Below, one piece after another: positions 33,451 to 44,703 of a stretch of 64,000 nt of DNA. Positions within the stretch are counted from its first letter, which is position 1. Each line of letters opens with the position of its first letter. The stretch is from Gammaproteobacteria bacterium (GTDB lineage Bacteria; Pseudomonadota; Gammaproteobacteria; Eutrophobiales; Eutrophobiaceae). The notes below the pieces were generated by a model that saw only the letters and a list, made by a program, of their open reading frames with translations, did not search any database and was not told the DNA's origin. Location: assembly GCA_963422205.2 (NCBI GenBank), contig CAXMWX010000005.1, forward strand, positions 640,001 through 704,000, given 5' to 3'. A program made the translations under genes and the position numbers.

Positions 33451-34535
33451 CTGCATAAATCCATGCAATACTCAGCAATCACACGGGCAGCATTCGGGCG
33501 GGCCAGGGCGCGGCTGTTCCTGGCCATGGTGAGCAGGCGCCGTCTGTCGCAACACAAATCCAACAAGATGGCTTGCAGTCTCTTAGCATCAAGCTCGGTT
33601 TCCTGACATATAACAGCGGCACCCGCTGCACACAGATAACGCGCATTGCAGGTTTGATGATCATCAACGGCATGGGGATAGGGGATCAGGATTGCCCCCA
33701 GACCGGCGGCGCATAACTCAGCGATGGTAAGCGCCCCGGCCCGACAAATGACCACATCCGCCCAGGCATAGGCGCTCGACATCTCTTCAATAAAGCCACT
33801 CAAACGCACATCAGCCAGGCTTAATCTGGCATACACCTGCCGGGTGTCTTCATATTTTGCCATACCACACTGATGCCATATCGAGACCGGATAACTGTGA
33901 TTAACTGCCATCAGTGCCGCTGGCACAATACGGTTCAGGCTGGCAGCGCCCTGACTGCCGCCCAGTATCAGCAGCTTGATACGATCATCATGGTCGCTTA
34001 TGCGCTGCTCAGGGGCAGGCAGATCAGCAATGCTGGTGCGTACCGGATTACCACAGGTGATGGCCCTGATCCTTGCTCTGGCTGGAAAGCTGTCAGGAAA
34101 CCCCTGAAATCTAACCCGTGCCAACGGTGCCAGCAGTCTATTCGTCAGCCCGGCGATGCTGTTTTGCTCATGAATACATAAGGGGATGCGTAGCAGCCAG
34201 GCAGCCACACCGCCCGGCCCGCTGACAAACCCACCCATGCCTAACACAACGGCGGGTTTAAGCTGCAAAAAAATACGCAGCGCCTGATAGACAGAGATAA
34301 GAATTTTTATCGGCGCATACAGCAAACGCACCGCGCCCTTGCCCCTGATACCGGCAATGCTCAAGGTAAATAATGTGATCCCCTGCTCTGGAACAACACG
34401 GGCTTCAAGACCACGCTGTGTACCAAGCCAGTACAGCGGGATTTTATTGGCACGGATGATATCGGCAATGGCCAGGGCCGGATAAATATGCCCGCCAGTA
34501 CCACCGGCCATAATCATGACAGGTTTATGCGGCAT
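33447..34535 (-). CDS. murG: Lipid II GlcNAc transferase MurG
   Basis: GGTGGHIYP, HEQN, GNPVR, GGSQGA, RAGALT.AE. Confidence 0.96.
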   Translation of the reverse strand: MPHKPVMIMAGGTGGHIYPALAIADIIRANKIPLYWLGTQRGLEARVVPEQGITLFTLSIAGIRGKGAVRLLYAPIKILISVYQALRIFLQLKPAVVLGMGGFVSGPGGVAAWLLRIPLCIHEQNSIAGLTNRLLAPLARVRFQGFPDSFPARARIRAITCGNPVRTSIADLPAPEQRISDHDDRIKLLILGGSQGAASLNRIVPAALMAVNHSYPVSIWHQCGMAKYEDTRQVYARLSLADVRLSGFIEEMSSAYAWADVVICRAGALTIAELCAAGLGAILIPYPHAVDDHQTCNARYLCAAGAAVICQETELDAKRLQAILLDLCCDRRRLLTMARNSRALARPNAARVIAEYCMDLCR

Positions 34536-35721
34536 AGTGTGTCACCGCATCAGGGGGCTGTGCCTTTATGTGATGATGCGTCTCATAGCCAATGCGTAAC
34601 AACAGGGCAATAAACAGACAGCTGACGATAATACTGTTACTGCCATAGCTGAGCAGAGGCAGGGTTAGCCCCTTGGTCGGCAACAGACCGGTGTTGACCC
34701 CCATGTTCACAAATGCCTGTATGCCCAGAATGAGACCGGTGCCATAGGCCATATAAGCGGAAAATCTCCTCCCGGCATCATAGGCGGTATGGCCGATGAC
34801 AAAGGCGCGCCAGGCAATGGTAAAAAATGCCATGATCACGGCAAGACAAAATAACAAACCCATCTCCTCTGCAAGCACGGCAAAGAGAAAGTCCGTGTGT
34901 GCCTCTGGCAGGTAAAATAATTTTTGTACGCCGCTGCCAAGCCCGACCCCGAACCACTCTCCCCGACCGAAGGCTATCAGGGCTTGAGTGAGTTGGAAGC
35001 CCGAATGAAACGGGTCCTGCCAGGGATCGATAAATGCGGTCAGCCTCTGCATACGATAAGGTGATACAATAGCCAGGCAGACAAGCGCAAGCGTTGCCGT
35101 CAATACCCAGACGATGAATCGACTTAACGGCACACCGGCCATAAACAACATGCCTAAAATTGTGGTAAACAACACCACCATTGAACCATAATCAGGCTCC
35201 AGCAATAGCAGTGCTGAAATTATCGTTACGATGATAATTGGCTTGATAAAACCCGAAAAAGTCTGCCGCACCTGTGCATTATGTCTGACCAGATAAGCCG
35301 CGATATAGGTGATCACAAAAAGTTTAACCGGCTCTGAGCTTTGAAAATTTACCGGTCCGATCGGGATCCAGCGCAGACTGCCATTGATCTCCTTGCCCAC
35401 CCCCGGAAGCAGCACAAGTATTAATAAAAATAACGCCAGGAAAAGCAGGGCGGTGCTCATGCGCTGCCAGATTCTTAGCGGCATATTTAAGACCACCAAG
35501 GCGCAGAGCAATCCGATGACTATGGCGAATCCCTGTCGCCATAAAAAATAATACGGATTGTGATATAACCTCTCGGCCATGGTTATGGATGATGAGAGAA
35601 CCATGATGATGCCGGTGGATAACAGAAATAAGACAGCACAGATCAGCACCGCATCATACTTGAACAATGGTTCTGCTGGCTTGTCGCCGGAATCGATCCT
35701 GATGGCCTGTGCCCGGCTCAT
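34525..35721 (-). CDS. ftsW: SEDS peptidoglycan polymerase FtsW
   Basis: Polytopic; RWI, QSSE.VK, EPDYG, YLPEAHTDF, PTKGLTLP..SYG. Confidence 0.95.
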   Translation of the reverse strand: MSRAQAIRIDSGDKPAEPLFKYDAVLICAVLFLLSTGIIMVLSSSITMAERLYHNPYYFLWRQGFAIVIGLLCALVVLNMPLRIWQRMSTALLFLALFLLILVLLPGVGKEINGSLRWIPIGPVNFQSSEPVKLFVITYIAAYLVRHNAQVRQTFSGFIKPIIIVTIISALLLLEPDYGSMVVLFTTILGMLFMAGVPLSRFIVWVLTATLALVCLAIVSPYRMQRLTAFIDPWQDPFHSGFQLTQALIAFGRGEWFGVGLGSGVQKLFYLPEAHTDFLFAVLAEEMGLLFCLAVIMAFFTIAWRAFVIGHTAYDAGRRFSAYMAYGTGLILGIQAFVNMGVNTGLLPTKGLTLPLLSYGSNSIIVSCLFIALLLRIGYETHHHIKAQPPDAVTHYAA

Positions 35722-37085
35722 GTAACCCCCTCATGATTGGCTGACAATGCCAGCACGGCTGTACAAAAACTCGCCCCGCGCGCTTCAAAGTTTGCAAACA
35801 TATCCAGACTTGAACAGGCCGGTGATAACAAGACGATATCCCCGGCTGTGGCCCTGCTTGCAGCCATCATCACCGCTGCTGGCATATCCTTAACAAAACA
35901 ACAGGCGTTTTTATCCGTATGGATGTTTGCCAATTGTTCGGCATCTTTGCCCAGCAGCACCGAGTATTTTACATGGCGTACAACAGGTGTACGCAGCACA
36001 CTGAAATCCGCCTCCTTGCCATCACCACCAGCGATAAGAATGATATTTGCCGGCACCTCTCCGAGACCATTAATCGCCGCTACAGTCGCCCCCGGATTGG
36101 TGGCCTTGGAATCGTTAATCCAGCGCACCTGATTGATCTCTGCAACAGTCTCACAGCGATGAGCCAGCCCGGTGAATTTTATGGCAGCGCTCGCCATCGC
36201 CTTAAAATCAAGCTCAAGCGCCTTGCCCAAGGCAAAGCAAGCCAGCAGATTGGCAAGATTATGCCTGCCTTGCAAAGCCACCTCATCAACGGCCAGCAGT
36301 TTCTGCCCCCGGCAGGTGAAATAATCACGCTGTGCTACCCTCTGGATACAGAAATCGCCCGCCTTCTTATCTGATAATGAATAACTGATCACCTTGCTAT
36401 CGGAACGGGCCATGGCATGGCAATAAGCATCGTCAAAATTAATCACCATCACCTCAGAGCCAGCATAGATTTTCTCTTTGGTCTTTGCATAAGCGGCCAG
36501 ACTTTCATAGCGATCCATGTGGTCTTGCGAAATATTCAACACCACGGCGGCCTTTGCATTTAAGTTAGCTATTCTCTCAAGCTGAAAACTGGACAGTTCC
36601 AGTAAATAATAATCAGGCACGGCACCTGCCAGTAATGTAAGCGCAGGCGTGCCAGTATTGCCGCCCACCGCCACCGACCTGCCTGCCGCCTTTAGCATCT
36701 CGGCAAATAAACTGACCACCGTGGTTTTGCCATTGGCACCGGTCACAGCAATAATTGGTTGAGTACAATGCTGGATAAAAAGCTGGATATCGCCGGTCAA
36801 TTTATCGGCCATATCAGCCGCTGACTCATACAAGCTGCGCTCAAGTTTTATCCCGGGGCTGACGATAATATGCGCTGCACGATTAAACAAAGCCGCATTG
36901 AACTCACCGAATATCACGGGTATATCGGGATAGTGCTGCTGCAATTTTTTCAGATATGGGGGGTTGCGGTGCATATCAGCGACAACGATACGCTCTGTCC
37001 TGGCGGATAGAAACTCAACACAGGAATAGCCCGTCCTGCCAAGCCCCAGTATCAGATACGCTATGTCGGCATTATCCTCAGACAT
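35718..37085 (-). CDS. murD: UDP-MurNAc-L-Ala--D-glutamate ligase
   Basis: GLGRTG, VSPG, GANGKTT, ELSSFQL, DHMDRY, NDSKATN, LSPAC.S.D.F. An alternative GTG start lies at 37115. Confidence 0.95.
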   Translation of the reverse strand: MSEDNADIAYLILGLGRTGYSCVEFLSARTERIVVADMHRNPPYLKKLQQHYPDIPVIFGEFNAALFNRAAHIIVSPGIKLERSLYESAADMADKLTGDIQLFIQHCTQPIIAVTGANGKTTVVSLFAEMLKAAGRSVAVGGNTGTPALTLLAGAVPDYYLLELSSFQLERIANLNAKAAVVLNISQDHMDRYESLAAYAKTKEKIYAGSEVMVINFDDAYCHAMARSDSKVISYSLSDKKAGDFCIQRVAQRDYFTCRGQKLLAVDEVALQGRHNLANLLACFALGKALELDFKAMASAAIKFTGLAHRCETVAEINQVRWINDSKATNPGATVAAINGLGEVPANIILIAGGDGKEADFSVLRTPVVRHVKYSVLLGKDAEQLANIHTDKNACCFVKDMPAAVMMAASRATAGDIVLLSPACSSLDMFANFEARGASFCTAVLALSANHEGVT

Positions 37086-37121
37086 GATCGCATCGTTTGC
37101 CAAAGCGGTAAGCACCCGTTA

Positions 37122-38204
37122 TCACCTTACCTTAAGACTGGCCAGGCCAATCAACACAAGAATGACAGTAATTATCCAGAAGCGGACGATAACCCTGGGC
37201 TCAGGCCAACCCTTCAATTCATAATGATGATGTAACGGGGCCATACGAAAAATGCGTTTGCCGGTAAGTTTGTAAGAGGCCACCTGTAAAATAACCGAGA
37301 CGGTTTCGATCACAAACACCCCTCCCATGATGCCCAAGATCAACTCTTGCCTGACAACGACGGCGATAACACCCAATGCCGCCCCCAAAGCAAGCGCACC
37401 AATATCCCCCATAAAAACCTGTGCCGGGTAGGTGTTGAACCATAAAAATCCCAGCCCTGAACCGGCAATCGCACCGCAGATAATGCACACCTCTCCAACA
37501 CCCGGAACATAGGGAATAGCAAGATATTCTGCAAAGCGAACATGCCCTGCCGCATAGGCAAAAACTGCCAGCGCAGCGACCACCAGCACAGTAGGCATGA
37601 TCGCCAGGCCATCCAGCCCATCTGTCAGGTTGACCGCATTACTCGAACCAACGATAACAAAATAAGCAAACACCACGTAAAACCAGCCCATGTTAAAACT
37701 GACATCCTTGATATAGGGCAGGATAAGCTGTGTCTCGGCCGGCAGGGTCGCCGTAGTAAACAAAAACCCGGCGGCAAGAAAACCAATGACAGACTGCCAG
37801 AGGTATTTCCAGCGGGGCCTGAGACCCACCGGATCAGACTTGACGATCTTCTTGTAATCATCAATGAAGCCGACCAGCGCAAAGCCGAGTATGACGAAAA
37901 AGACAACCCATACATAGCGGTTATTAAGGTCTCCCCAGCACAAGACACTGAATGCGATGGATAAGATGATCAGCATCCCGCCCATGGTCGGGGTACCGGC
38001 TTTGGTGAAGTGTGTCCTGGGGCCATCATCTCTGACAGCTTGCCCAATCTGATATTGATTTAACCAGCGGATTAACGATGGCCCGGCAATCAGGGCAATA
38101 AACAATGCCGTCAATGCGCCCAGTATGGTACGCATGGTAATGTACTGGAAAACATTAAACCCACTGTGGAACTGAGTTAAGTAGTCGGTCAGCCAGAGCA
38201 ACAT
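37122..38204 (-). CDS. mraY: Phospho-MurNAc-pentapeptide transferase
   Basis: [42 protein letters not shown]. Confidence 0.97.
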   Translation of the reverse strand: MLLWLTDYLTQFHSGFNVFQYITMRTILGALTALFIALIAGPSLIRWLNQYQIGQAVRDDGPRTHFTKAGTPTMGGMLIILSIAFSVLCWGDLNNRYVWVVFFVILGFALVGFIDDYKKIVKSDPVGLRPRWKYLWQSVIGFLAAGFLFTTATLPAETQLILPYIKDVSFNMGWFYVVFAYFVIVGSSNAVNLTDGLDGLAIMPTVLVVAALAVFAYAAGHVRFAEYLAIPYVPGVGEVCIICGAIAGSGLGFLWFNTYPAQVFMGDIGALALGAALGVIAVVVRQELILGIMGGVFVIETVSVILQVASYKLTGKRIFRMAPLHHHYELKGWPEPRVIVRFWIITVILVLIGLASLKVR

Positions 38205-38207
38205 GAC

Positions 38208-39575
38208 TTAATGTCCCTCACAGATTGCACTGATGATGGTATCCATTGCCATAGAGCGGGAGCCTTTGATCAGCACATTGCAATCCGGCTTCAGCAAGGA
38301 GATAAGTACAGCAATCAGTTCCTCTCTCTCCCGGTAGAATACGGCGCCTTCACCAAACCCCCTCACCGCTTCAGTTGCCAGCTCGCCGGTCGCAATAAGC
38401 CGGCTGAAGCCTAACTCTCTTGCCTGCTGACCTGCTGTAAAATGAAACTCCTCGGCCTGCTGGCCTAACTCAGCCATGTCACCTAACACCAGATATTTCT
38501 CTCCCGAGTAGTGCCTGACCGCCTGCATCGCTGCGGCCAGTGAAACCGGATTGGCATTATAGGTATCGTTAAATATCCTCGACTGCTGCCTGCCCATCAG
38601 TATCTGCATTCGGCCAGCCACAGCCTGCACCGACTGTAACCCAGTCTTTATTTGCGCTAATGAAGTCCCGACAGCCAGAGAACACGCCGCTGCGGCAAGG
38701 GCGTTACGAATATTGTGCTTTCCGGGCAGAGGCAGGCTGACAGCGATCTGCCCGGCCATGCTGTGCAGGGTAAAATGTGAGCCATTTATCTGCTGATCAA
38801 AACAGACATCATGTGCTGATACCGAGGCTGGCTTATCGATACCAAAGGTTATCTGTGTTATATCACCAAGCTGTGCCCGCCAGTACGCATAAAAATCATC
38901 ATCGGCGTTAATGATGGCCGTATTGCCCTCATCATTACCTTCGGTCAGCCCGGCATAGACCTCGGCCTTGGCACGGGCAACGCCGGCAACCGAGCCAAAA
39001 CCATCGAGATGAGCAGGCGCACACAGCGTGATAACAGCAACTGTAGGTTGAGCAATCGCACACAAACCGGTGATCTCGCCGGGGTGATTCGCCCCCATTT
39101 CGATCACAGCATAGTCATGTTTTTTATCCATGCGAAACAAGGTCAATGGCACACCCAGTTCATTATTCAAATTCGCCTCGGTGGCCAATACCTCACTTCT
39201 GAGAGAGAGGATGGTGTTGACCATCTCCTTCACGGTTGTTTTGCCGTTACTGCCGGTTATCGCAATGACTGGCAGAGAAAAATGGCGGCGCCACTCGGCG
39301 GCCAGGTTGGCAAGCCGAATCCGGGTATCATCAACCTGTATCCGGGTTGCCTTAACTTGCCTGTTTTTGCTATCAACCAATGCGGCAACCGCACCCCGGG
39401 CAATCGCCGACTGAATGAAGTCATGGCCATCAAACCGATCACCCTGAATGGCTATAAACAACTCGCCCGGTGCAATCGTTCTGCTGTCGATGCCACACCC
39501 CTGAAAGCAATCGTCCTGCCCCAGCAAAGTGCCTTGCATGATCTTGGCAGCTTCAGATAACCGCATCGCTATCAT
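38208..39575 (-). CDS. murF: UDP-MurNAc-tripeptide--D-Ala-D-Ala ligase
   Basis: FDGHDF, TGSNGKTTVKE, EMGANH, DTYNANP, LGDMAELG, KGSR. Confidence 0.96.
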   Translation of the reverse strand: MIAMRLSEAAKIMQGTLLGQDDCFQGCGIDSRTIAPGELFIAIQGDRFDGHDFIQSAIARGAVAALVDSKNRQVKATRIQVDDTRIRLANLAAEWRRHFSLPVIAITGSNGKTTVKEMVNTILSLRSEVLATEANLNNELGVPLTLFRMDKKHDYAVIEMGANHPGEITGLCAIAQPTVAVITLCAPAHLDGFGSVAGVARAKAEVYAGLTEGNDEGNTAIINADDDFYAYWRAQLGDITQITFGIDKPASVSAHDVCFDQQINGSHFTLHSMAGQIAVSLPLPGKHNIRNALAAAACSLAVGTSLAQIKTGLQSVQAVAGRMQILMGRQQSRIFNDTYNANPVSLAAAMQAVRHYSGEKYLVLGDMAELGQQAEEFHFTAGQQARELGFSRLIATGELATEAVRGFGEGAVFYREREELIAVLISLLKPDCNVLIKGSRSMAMDTIISAICEGH

Positions 39576-41086
39576 TGCCGCCCCTCGATACAATTACGTA
39601 CCTGCTGTCGATCACTGAAGGGGTAGCGCTTGTTTTTTATTTCCTGCCAGGTCTCATGCCCTTTACCGGCGATCAAAACAATATCGTTGCCGGTGGCCAT
39701 GGCGATAGCCTGTGTGATCGCCTTCGAACGATTATGCTCAATAACGACAGCATCAGGCAGCGGTATGCCCGATAAAATATCCTGTACGATTTTCTCAGGC
39801 GGCTCATGACGGGGATTATCATCCGTGATAATAATCTCATCAGCCAGTTGCGATACCACAGCGCCCATTTTTGGCCGCTTGCTGTTATCCCGGTCGCCAC
39901 CACAGCCAAACACACAGATCAACCTGCCTTTGCAACGCCGTTTCAGCGTTGACAGAACCTGTCCCAGGGCATCGGGCGTGTGGGCATAATCCACATACAC
40001 TTTTGCACCGGCATCTGTAGTAAACTCTTCAAGGCGACCAGGCACGGCCTGCAAACCTTCAAGCGCAGGAACGATATCGACCAAGCGAAAACCCAAACGC
40101 AGCAGGACAGCTGTCACGGCCAACAGATTGGATATGTTGAATGTGCCTTTGATCTTTGTCATGAAGTCGATCTTGCCAAATGCACCGGAGAGCCACACGT
40201 GATAAAAATCATCATTGATGCTTTCAATTCGTGCCTGTAGATGCTGCTCTGCCGCCTTCACGGTGGCAGCAGCGGGGCTTGCAGCATAGGTAATCATGTC
40301 AAGTTCAGCGGCAAGCATCTCGGCAAATAACCGTCCCGTTGCATCATCGAGATTAATAACAGCACACCTCATCCCTTCATGCCTGAACAGGCTGGCCTTA
40401 CTCTCCCGATAAGATTCCAGATCACCGTGATAATCCAGATGTTCATGGGACAGATTGGTAAACACACCGGTATCAATTTTAAGACCGGCTGTCCGGCCCT
40501 GTACCAGGGCATGGGATGAGGCTTCCATAAAGGCGGCCTTGACATTCTCAGCGGCAAACTGCGCTAAGTATTTATGCAGGGTAATGGCATCTGGTGTGGT
40601 GTGGGCAGTGATATCCAGATCAGGAAATTTACCGGCGCCCAATGTACCGATCAAACCACATGGCTGGGCACTTAGCCTGGCATAAAGTTGTGCCAGCCAC
40701 CAGCTGACCGAGGTTTTACCATTGGTACCGGTAATGGCGATCAACGACAATGCCTTTGAGGGATGTTGATAAAAACGGCTGGCAATGATGCCGACTTTTC
40801 TGGCCAGGCAAGGCACAATATAAACAGGTACGTTGATTTTATCCGGGCAGATAAGCCCCTGTTCAATAGCAACAGCACAGGCACCGGCCTCTATGGCGTC
40901 ATTGATATAATCGACACCATGTGAACGCATGCCTTTGCACGCCATGAATAAATCGCCCAGCTCGGTCATCCGGCTGTCCGTGCTGATGCCGTTCACGCTT
41001 AAATCTGTATTGATATTCTCATCAGTCAAGCCCGCTAACAGTTGCTGTAACGGGATCCCGGTTGATTGTTCGTGTAGGGCCATCAT
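39572..41086 (-). CDS. murE: UDP-MurNAc-dipeptide--meso-DAP ligase
   Basis: TGTNGKT, HTTPD, EASSH, HLDYH, DYAHTPD, DNPR (DAP-type), AGKGHE. Confidence 0.96.
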   Translation of the reverse strand: MMALHEQSTGIPLQQLLAGLTDENINTDLSVNGISTDSRMTELGDLFMACKGMRSHGVDYINDAIEAGACAVAIEQGLICPDKINVPVYIVPCLARKVGIIASRFYQHPSKALSLIAITGTNGKTSVSWWLAQLYARLSAQPCGLIGTLGAGKFPDLDITAHTTPDAITLHKYLAQFAAENVKAAFMEASSHALVQGRTAGLKIDTGVFTNLSHEHLDYHGDLESYRESKASLFRHEGMRCAVINLDDATGRLFAEMLAAELDMITYAASPAAATVKAAEQHLQARIESINDDFYHVWLSGAFGKIDFMTKIKGTFNISNLLAVTAVLLRLGFRLVDIVPALEGLQAVPGRLEEFTTDAGAKVYVDYAHTPDALGQVLSTLKRRCKGRLICVFGCGGDRDNSKRPKMGAVVSQLADEIIITDDNPRHEPPEKIVQDILSGIPLPDAVVIEHNRSKAITQAIAMATGNDIVLIAGKGHETWQEIKNKRYPFSDRQQVRNCIEGRQ

Positions 41087-42819
41087 GGGTTACTTTGCGC
41101 CATGGTTTGTCCCGGGTTTAAGTGATGCTTGTTTAATTGCTCACGATTATCGGGCGGAATATTCAAAATACGTAACGCTGCTTTCATGACAGAGGCAAAC
41201 ACCGGGGCGGCCACCTGGCCACCAAAATACTGCCCGGCCTGTGGCTCATCGATCACCACGACCATCACCAGTCGTGGTCGGCTGGCAGGTGCTATACCGG
41301 CAAACAAAGATAAATATTTATCTCCCTCATAGCCTGTGGCAGCGAGTTTATGCACTGTGCCAGTCTTGCCGGCGATGTGGTAGCCAGGCACGGCAGCACG
41401 TGAGCCGGAGCCGTCATCATCTACCACGGCCTGCATCATCTGCCGTATCTGCCTCACCATGCCCGCTGGCAATATGCGCTCGGCAGACGGCAGGCGAGGC
41501 TGCTCCAGCTTGACAAAGCTGACCGGTCTTAACAGCCCGTCAGCAGCGAGCAGGCTATACGCCTGTGCCAGTTGCAAGGTGGTGACAGACAAACCATAAC
41601 CAAAGGAAATGGTCGCCAATTCCAACTCCGACCACTGCCTGAAGTCATTTAATAAACCGCTCACCTCGCCCGGATAGCCGCTGCCCGTCTGCTTGCCAAA
41701 ACCGATAGCACTGTGTACCTGCCATAATATTTCAGGCCCCAACTCAAGTGCGATCCGGCTGGTGCCCACATTACTGGATTTTTTGATGATATTTTTCATA
41801 TCCAGCACACCGTAATTATTGATATCTTTAATGGTATGCTGGCCTATGGTAAAAAAACCGGGCGCAGTCGATATCCTGCTATCGCTGGTGAACACCCCTG
41901 AATGCAAGGCAGCAGCGATCGTAAAGGGTTTTATGGTTGAACCTGGCTCAAAGACATCAGTAACCACACGGTTGCGGTAATGATCGCTTCGCAGATTTCG
42001 GCGGTTGTTGGGGTTAAACGAGGGTTGCCCGGCAAGCGCCAGCACTTCACCAGTCGCTGCATCCAGCAGTAACAACATGCCGGCCCTGGCCTGATGGTGT
42101 TTCACCGCCGCCTTCAACTCACGATAAGCCAGATACTGCAAACGCTTGTCAATACTGAGCGTTAATGTCTTGCCTGGTCTGGCGGGTTCTATACTTTCAA
42201 TATTTTTAATAATATGCCCCAGCCGATCTTTCAGCACACGCTTGGCACCATCTGTGCCTTTTAACCAATGATCAAAAGCCAATTCCAGCCCTTCCTGACC
42301 GGCATCATCGACATTCGTAAAACCCAGCAGGTGGGCAGTTACCTCTCCGATGGGATAATAGCGTTTATACTCACGCTGCATATTGACCCCGGGAACTTTA
42401 AGCGCCAGGATTTGCTGTGCCAGTGCTGGCTCAACATGACGTTTCAAATAAACAAACTTGCGCTTGCGCCTTTGCTGTAGAAGCGAGATGAGCGCATCGC
42501 TGTCCATGGCAAGCAGCCTGGCCAGAGGCTCAAGCGCCTGGCCGGAAGCCAGGACATCATCTGGCCTTACCCATATTGATGCCACCGGTGTGCTGACAGC
42601 CAGCGGCTCGCCATGGGCATCGGTGATAAGCCCCCGGTGTGCGGGTGTTGCAATGACCCTGACGGCGCGTGCATCGCCATGATTGATGAGAAAGTCTTTG
42701 CTGAATATCTGCAAATGGATCACCCGCCAGCCCAGGATGAGCGTAGCAAGCACGAGCAGACCTGAAAGAATATGTCTTCGGCCCTTGCCGGCCTGATGAT
42801 GCGTGCTATTGCTATTCAT
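41083..42819 (-). CDS. ftsI: Division transpeptidase PBP3
   Basis: RGLITD, KRYYP, GQEGLE, EPGSTIK (SxxK), KSSN (SxN), KTG. Confidence 0.96.
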   Translation of the reverse strand: MNSNSTHHQAGKGRRHILSGLLVLATLILGWRVIHLQIFSKDFLINHGDARAVRVIATPAHRGLITDAHGEPLAVSTPVASIWVRPDDVLASGQALEPLARLLAMDSDALISLLQQRRKRKFVYLKRHVEPALAQQILALKVPGVNMQREYKRYYPIGEVTAHLLGFTNVDDAGQEGLELAFDHWLKGTDGAKRVLKDRLGHIIKNIESIEPARPGKTLTLSIDKRLQYLAYRELKAAVKHHQARAGMLLLLDAATGEVLALAGQPSFNPNNRRNLRSDHYRNRVVTDVFEPGSTIKPFTIAAALHSGVFTSDSRISTAPGFFTIGQHTIKDINNYGVLDMKNIIKKSSNVGTSRIALELGPEILWQVHSAIGFGKQTGSGYPGEVSGLLNDFRQWSELELATISFGYGLSVTTLQLAQAYSLLAADGLLRPVSFVKLEQPRLPSAERILPAGMVRQIRQMMQAVVDDDGSGSRAAVPGYHIAGKTGTVHKLAATGYEGDKYLSLFAGIAPASRPRLVMVVVIDEPQAGQYFGGQVAAPVFASVMKAALRILNIPPDNREQLNKHHLNPGQTMAQSNP

Positions 42820-42828
42820 GACATAAGA

Positions 42829-43092
42829 TCATGGCATAAGAAAAATTTGCGCCGCCTGCCCTGGTTCATACATGCCCAGTTCCTGTCTTGCCAGATTTTC
42901 AATCCGATCACTGATAGCCCAGGTACTCTGCTCAAGCTGTAGTCTCCCCCACTCCTCATCCAGCTGATCACGGGTGTTCTCCAGCACCTGTAATTCGATA
43001 AAATGATTCCGGGCGTTATGTTGTACTATCACCACTTCAATAGCCGATCCGATCACCCCGGCCAGTAACGTCAGCATCAGCAGATACCTCAT
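42829..43092 (-). CDS. ftsL: Cell division protein FtsL
   Basis: TM then coiled coil EWGRLQLEQST...RIE.LA...LGM; between rsmH and ftsI. Confidence 0.9.
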   Translation of the reverse strand: MRYLLMLTLLAGVIGSAIEVVIVQHNARNHFIELQVLENTRDQLDEEWGRLQLEQSTWAISDRIENLARQELGMYEPGQAAQIFLMP

Positions 43093-44039
43093 GCAGCAGC
43101 CCTCTCAGCAATCCGTAATACCGCACTTCTGGCACGGATATTAATTGCAACTTCCGCCGCACTTGCCTTCACCGCCCGGCCTATACGCAACAGCCCTGGC
43201 TTGATCTGTGCTGCTGTTACCGGCAGGCCATCTGGATACGGGTCGGCTCTTTCCTGTTCACGCATAAAACGTTTCACCAGGCGATCTTCCAGTGAATGGA
43301 AACTGATAATGACCAGCCGGCCCTTAACGGCTAACACATGACGTGTTTGCGGTAATACGTCCTCCAGCTCCTCAAGCTCCCGGTTGATTACAATACGAAT
43401 CGCCTGAAATACCCGGGTTGCCGGATGTTTTTTTCTCTTGCGCCCAGCCATGTTATGCGGCGGCACGCTGGCACAGATGACATCTGCCAACTGCCTTGTG
43501 GTCTCGATCACACCCTGCTGGCGCTGGTGTGCAATCGCACGGGCTATCCGGCGAGCAAACTTCTCTTCGCCGTATTGCTTAAATACCTTAGCCATTTCCT
43601 GTACCGGCGTTGCGTTAATCCACTCCCTGGCTGTGATACCCGTCATCGTATTCATTCTCATATCAAGCTCGCCTTCCTGCTGAAAGCTGAACCCTCTTTG
43701 TGGCGTATCCAACTGTAGCGAGGAGACGCCAAGGTCAAGCAGGATGCCATCAACCCTGCCGACAGACACAAAGCGCTCGATAACCGACTGTAATTGTGTG
43801 AACGAGCCGTGTATGACGCTGACTCTGGCATCATCGCCATACAGGCGGTCAGCCAGTTCAATCGCTTGCTTGTCTTTATCGAACACAAACAGGCGACCGG
43901 ATGCGCCCAGGTGTTGCAATATCGCCTGGCTATGGCCGCCGCCGCCAAATGTGCAATCGACATAACATCCATCCGGTCGTATCGTAAGACCATCTATCAC
44001 CTCTTGCAGCAGTACGGGCTTGTGCCTTTGTTCAGTCAA
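43089..44039 (-). CDS. rsmH: 16S rRNA m4C1402 methyltransferase
   Basis: HKPVLL, DCTFGGGGHS, DLGVSS.QLD, RGFSF, FQAIRI, SFHSLEDR. Confidence 0.96.
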   Translation of the reverse strand: MTEQRHKPVLLQEVIDGLTIRPDGCYVDCTFGGGGHSQAILQHLGASGRLFVFDKDKQAIELADRLYGDDARVSVIHGSFTQLQSVIERFVSVGRVDGILLDLGVSSLQLDTPQRGFSFQQEGELDMRMNTMTGITAREWINATPVQEMAKVFKQYGEEKFARRIARAIAHQRQQGVIETTRQLADVICASVPPHNMAGRKRKKHPATRVFQAIRIVINRELEELEDVLPQTRHVLAVKGRLVIISFHSLEDRLVKRFMREQERADPYPDGLPVTAAQIKPGLLRIGRAVKASAAEVAINIRARSAVLRIAERAAA

Positions 44040-44144
44040 TGCAGTTATCAGAGCCTGAAATCTCTGCTGCCTGCCCGTACCCGGTCAGGCAGTCAAAGCA
44101 TTGCCGATGGTAAGCCAGCCCCCACCGACAAGACGCATTGATGC

Positions 44145-44603
44145 TCACAACGACAAAGACTGTAAAGTCTCTGATGGCGCCTGTTCTGCGTTCACTAACG
44201 CATCCAACCAGAGATCACGCTGTTCCTGCCATAATGTTTTATCCCAGATTTCAAATTTATTCCCCTGCCCCAGGATGACGATCTGTTTGCCCAGTTGTGC
44301 ATAATCACGCAGCTCGGTCGGGATCAGGATGCGCCCCTGTGAATCGAGCTGACAATCGGTGGCGTAACCTCGCATCATCTGCTTGGCACGACGGCTTTGC
44401 TTGTCAAAATCAGACAAGGCCGCCAGCTTGGATTCGATCGATTCCCACTCAGGTAACGGATACAGCCACAAGGAGCGATCCAGGGGACTCAACGTCTGCA
44501 CCAGACAGCCCGCCGCAATACCACTCAAGCGGTCACGAAACCGGCTTGGAACAGCCACTCGGCCCTTGTTGTCTACACTGACTTCACTTAATCCTCGAAA
44601 CAC
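44145..44603 (-). CDS. mraZ: Transcriptional regulator MraZ
   Basis: GTG start (VFRG) after AGGAG; DNKGRV and DSQGRI repeats, GQGNKFEIW. Confidence 0.95.
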   Translation of the reverse strand: MFRGLSEVSVDNKGRVAVPSRFRDRLSGIAAGCLVQTLSPLDRSLWLYPLPEWESIESKLAALSDFDKQSRRAKQMMRGYATDCQLDSQGRILIPTELRDYAQLGKQIVILGQGNKFEIWDKTLWQEQRDLWLDALVNAEQAPSETLQSLSL

Positions 44604-44640
44604 ACGAAGCTCCTGTTTTACAGGGAAATTTACAGCAAAA

Positions 44641-44665
44641 ACCACTTTAACCCACAATTCCCCAC
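44641..44665 (-). promoter_or_regulatory. MraZ operator: three GTGG(G/T) boxes at 10-bp period
   Basis: Minus strand GTGGG-gaatt-GTGGG-ttaaa-GTGGT just downstream of the promoter. Confidence 0.85.
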
Positions 44666-44673
44666 GAACTAGA

Positions 44674-44703
44674 ACTATAGGAAGTTTGAATCTGGTGTGT
44701 CAA
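44674..44703 (-). promoter_or_regulatory. Sigma70 promoter of the dcw cluster (Pmra)
   Basis: Minus strand TTGACA-18 bp-TATAGT. Confidence 0.75.
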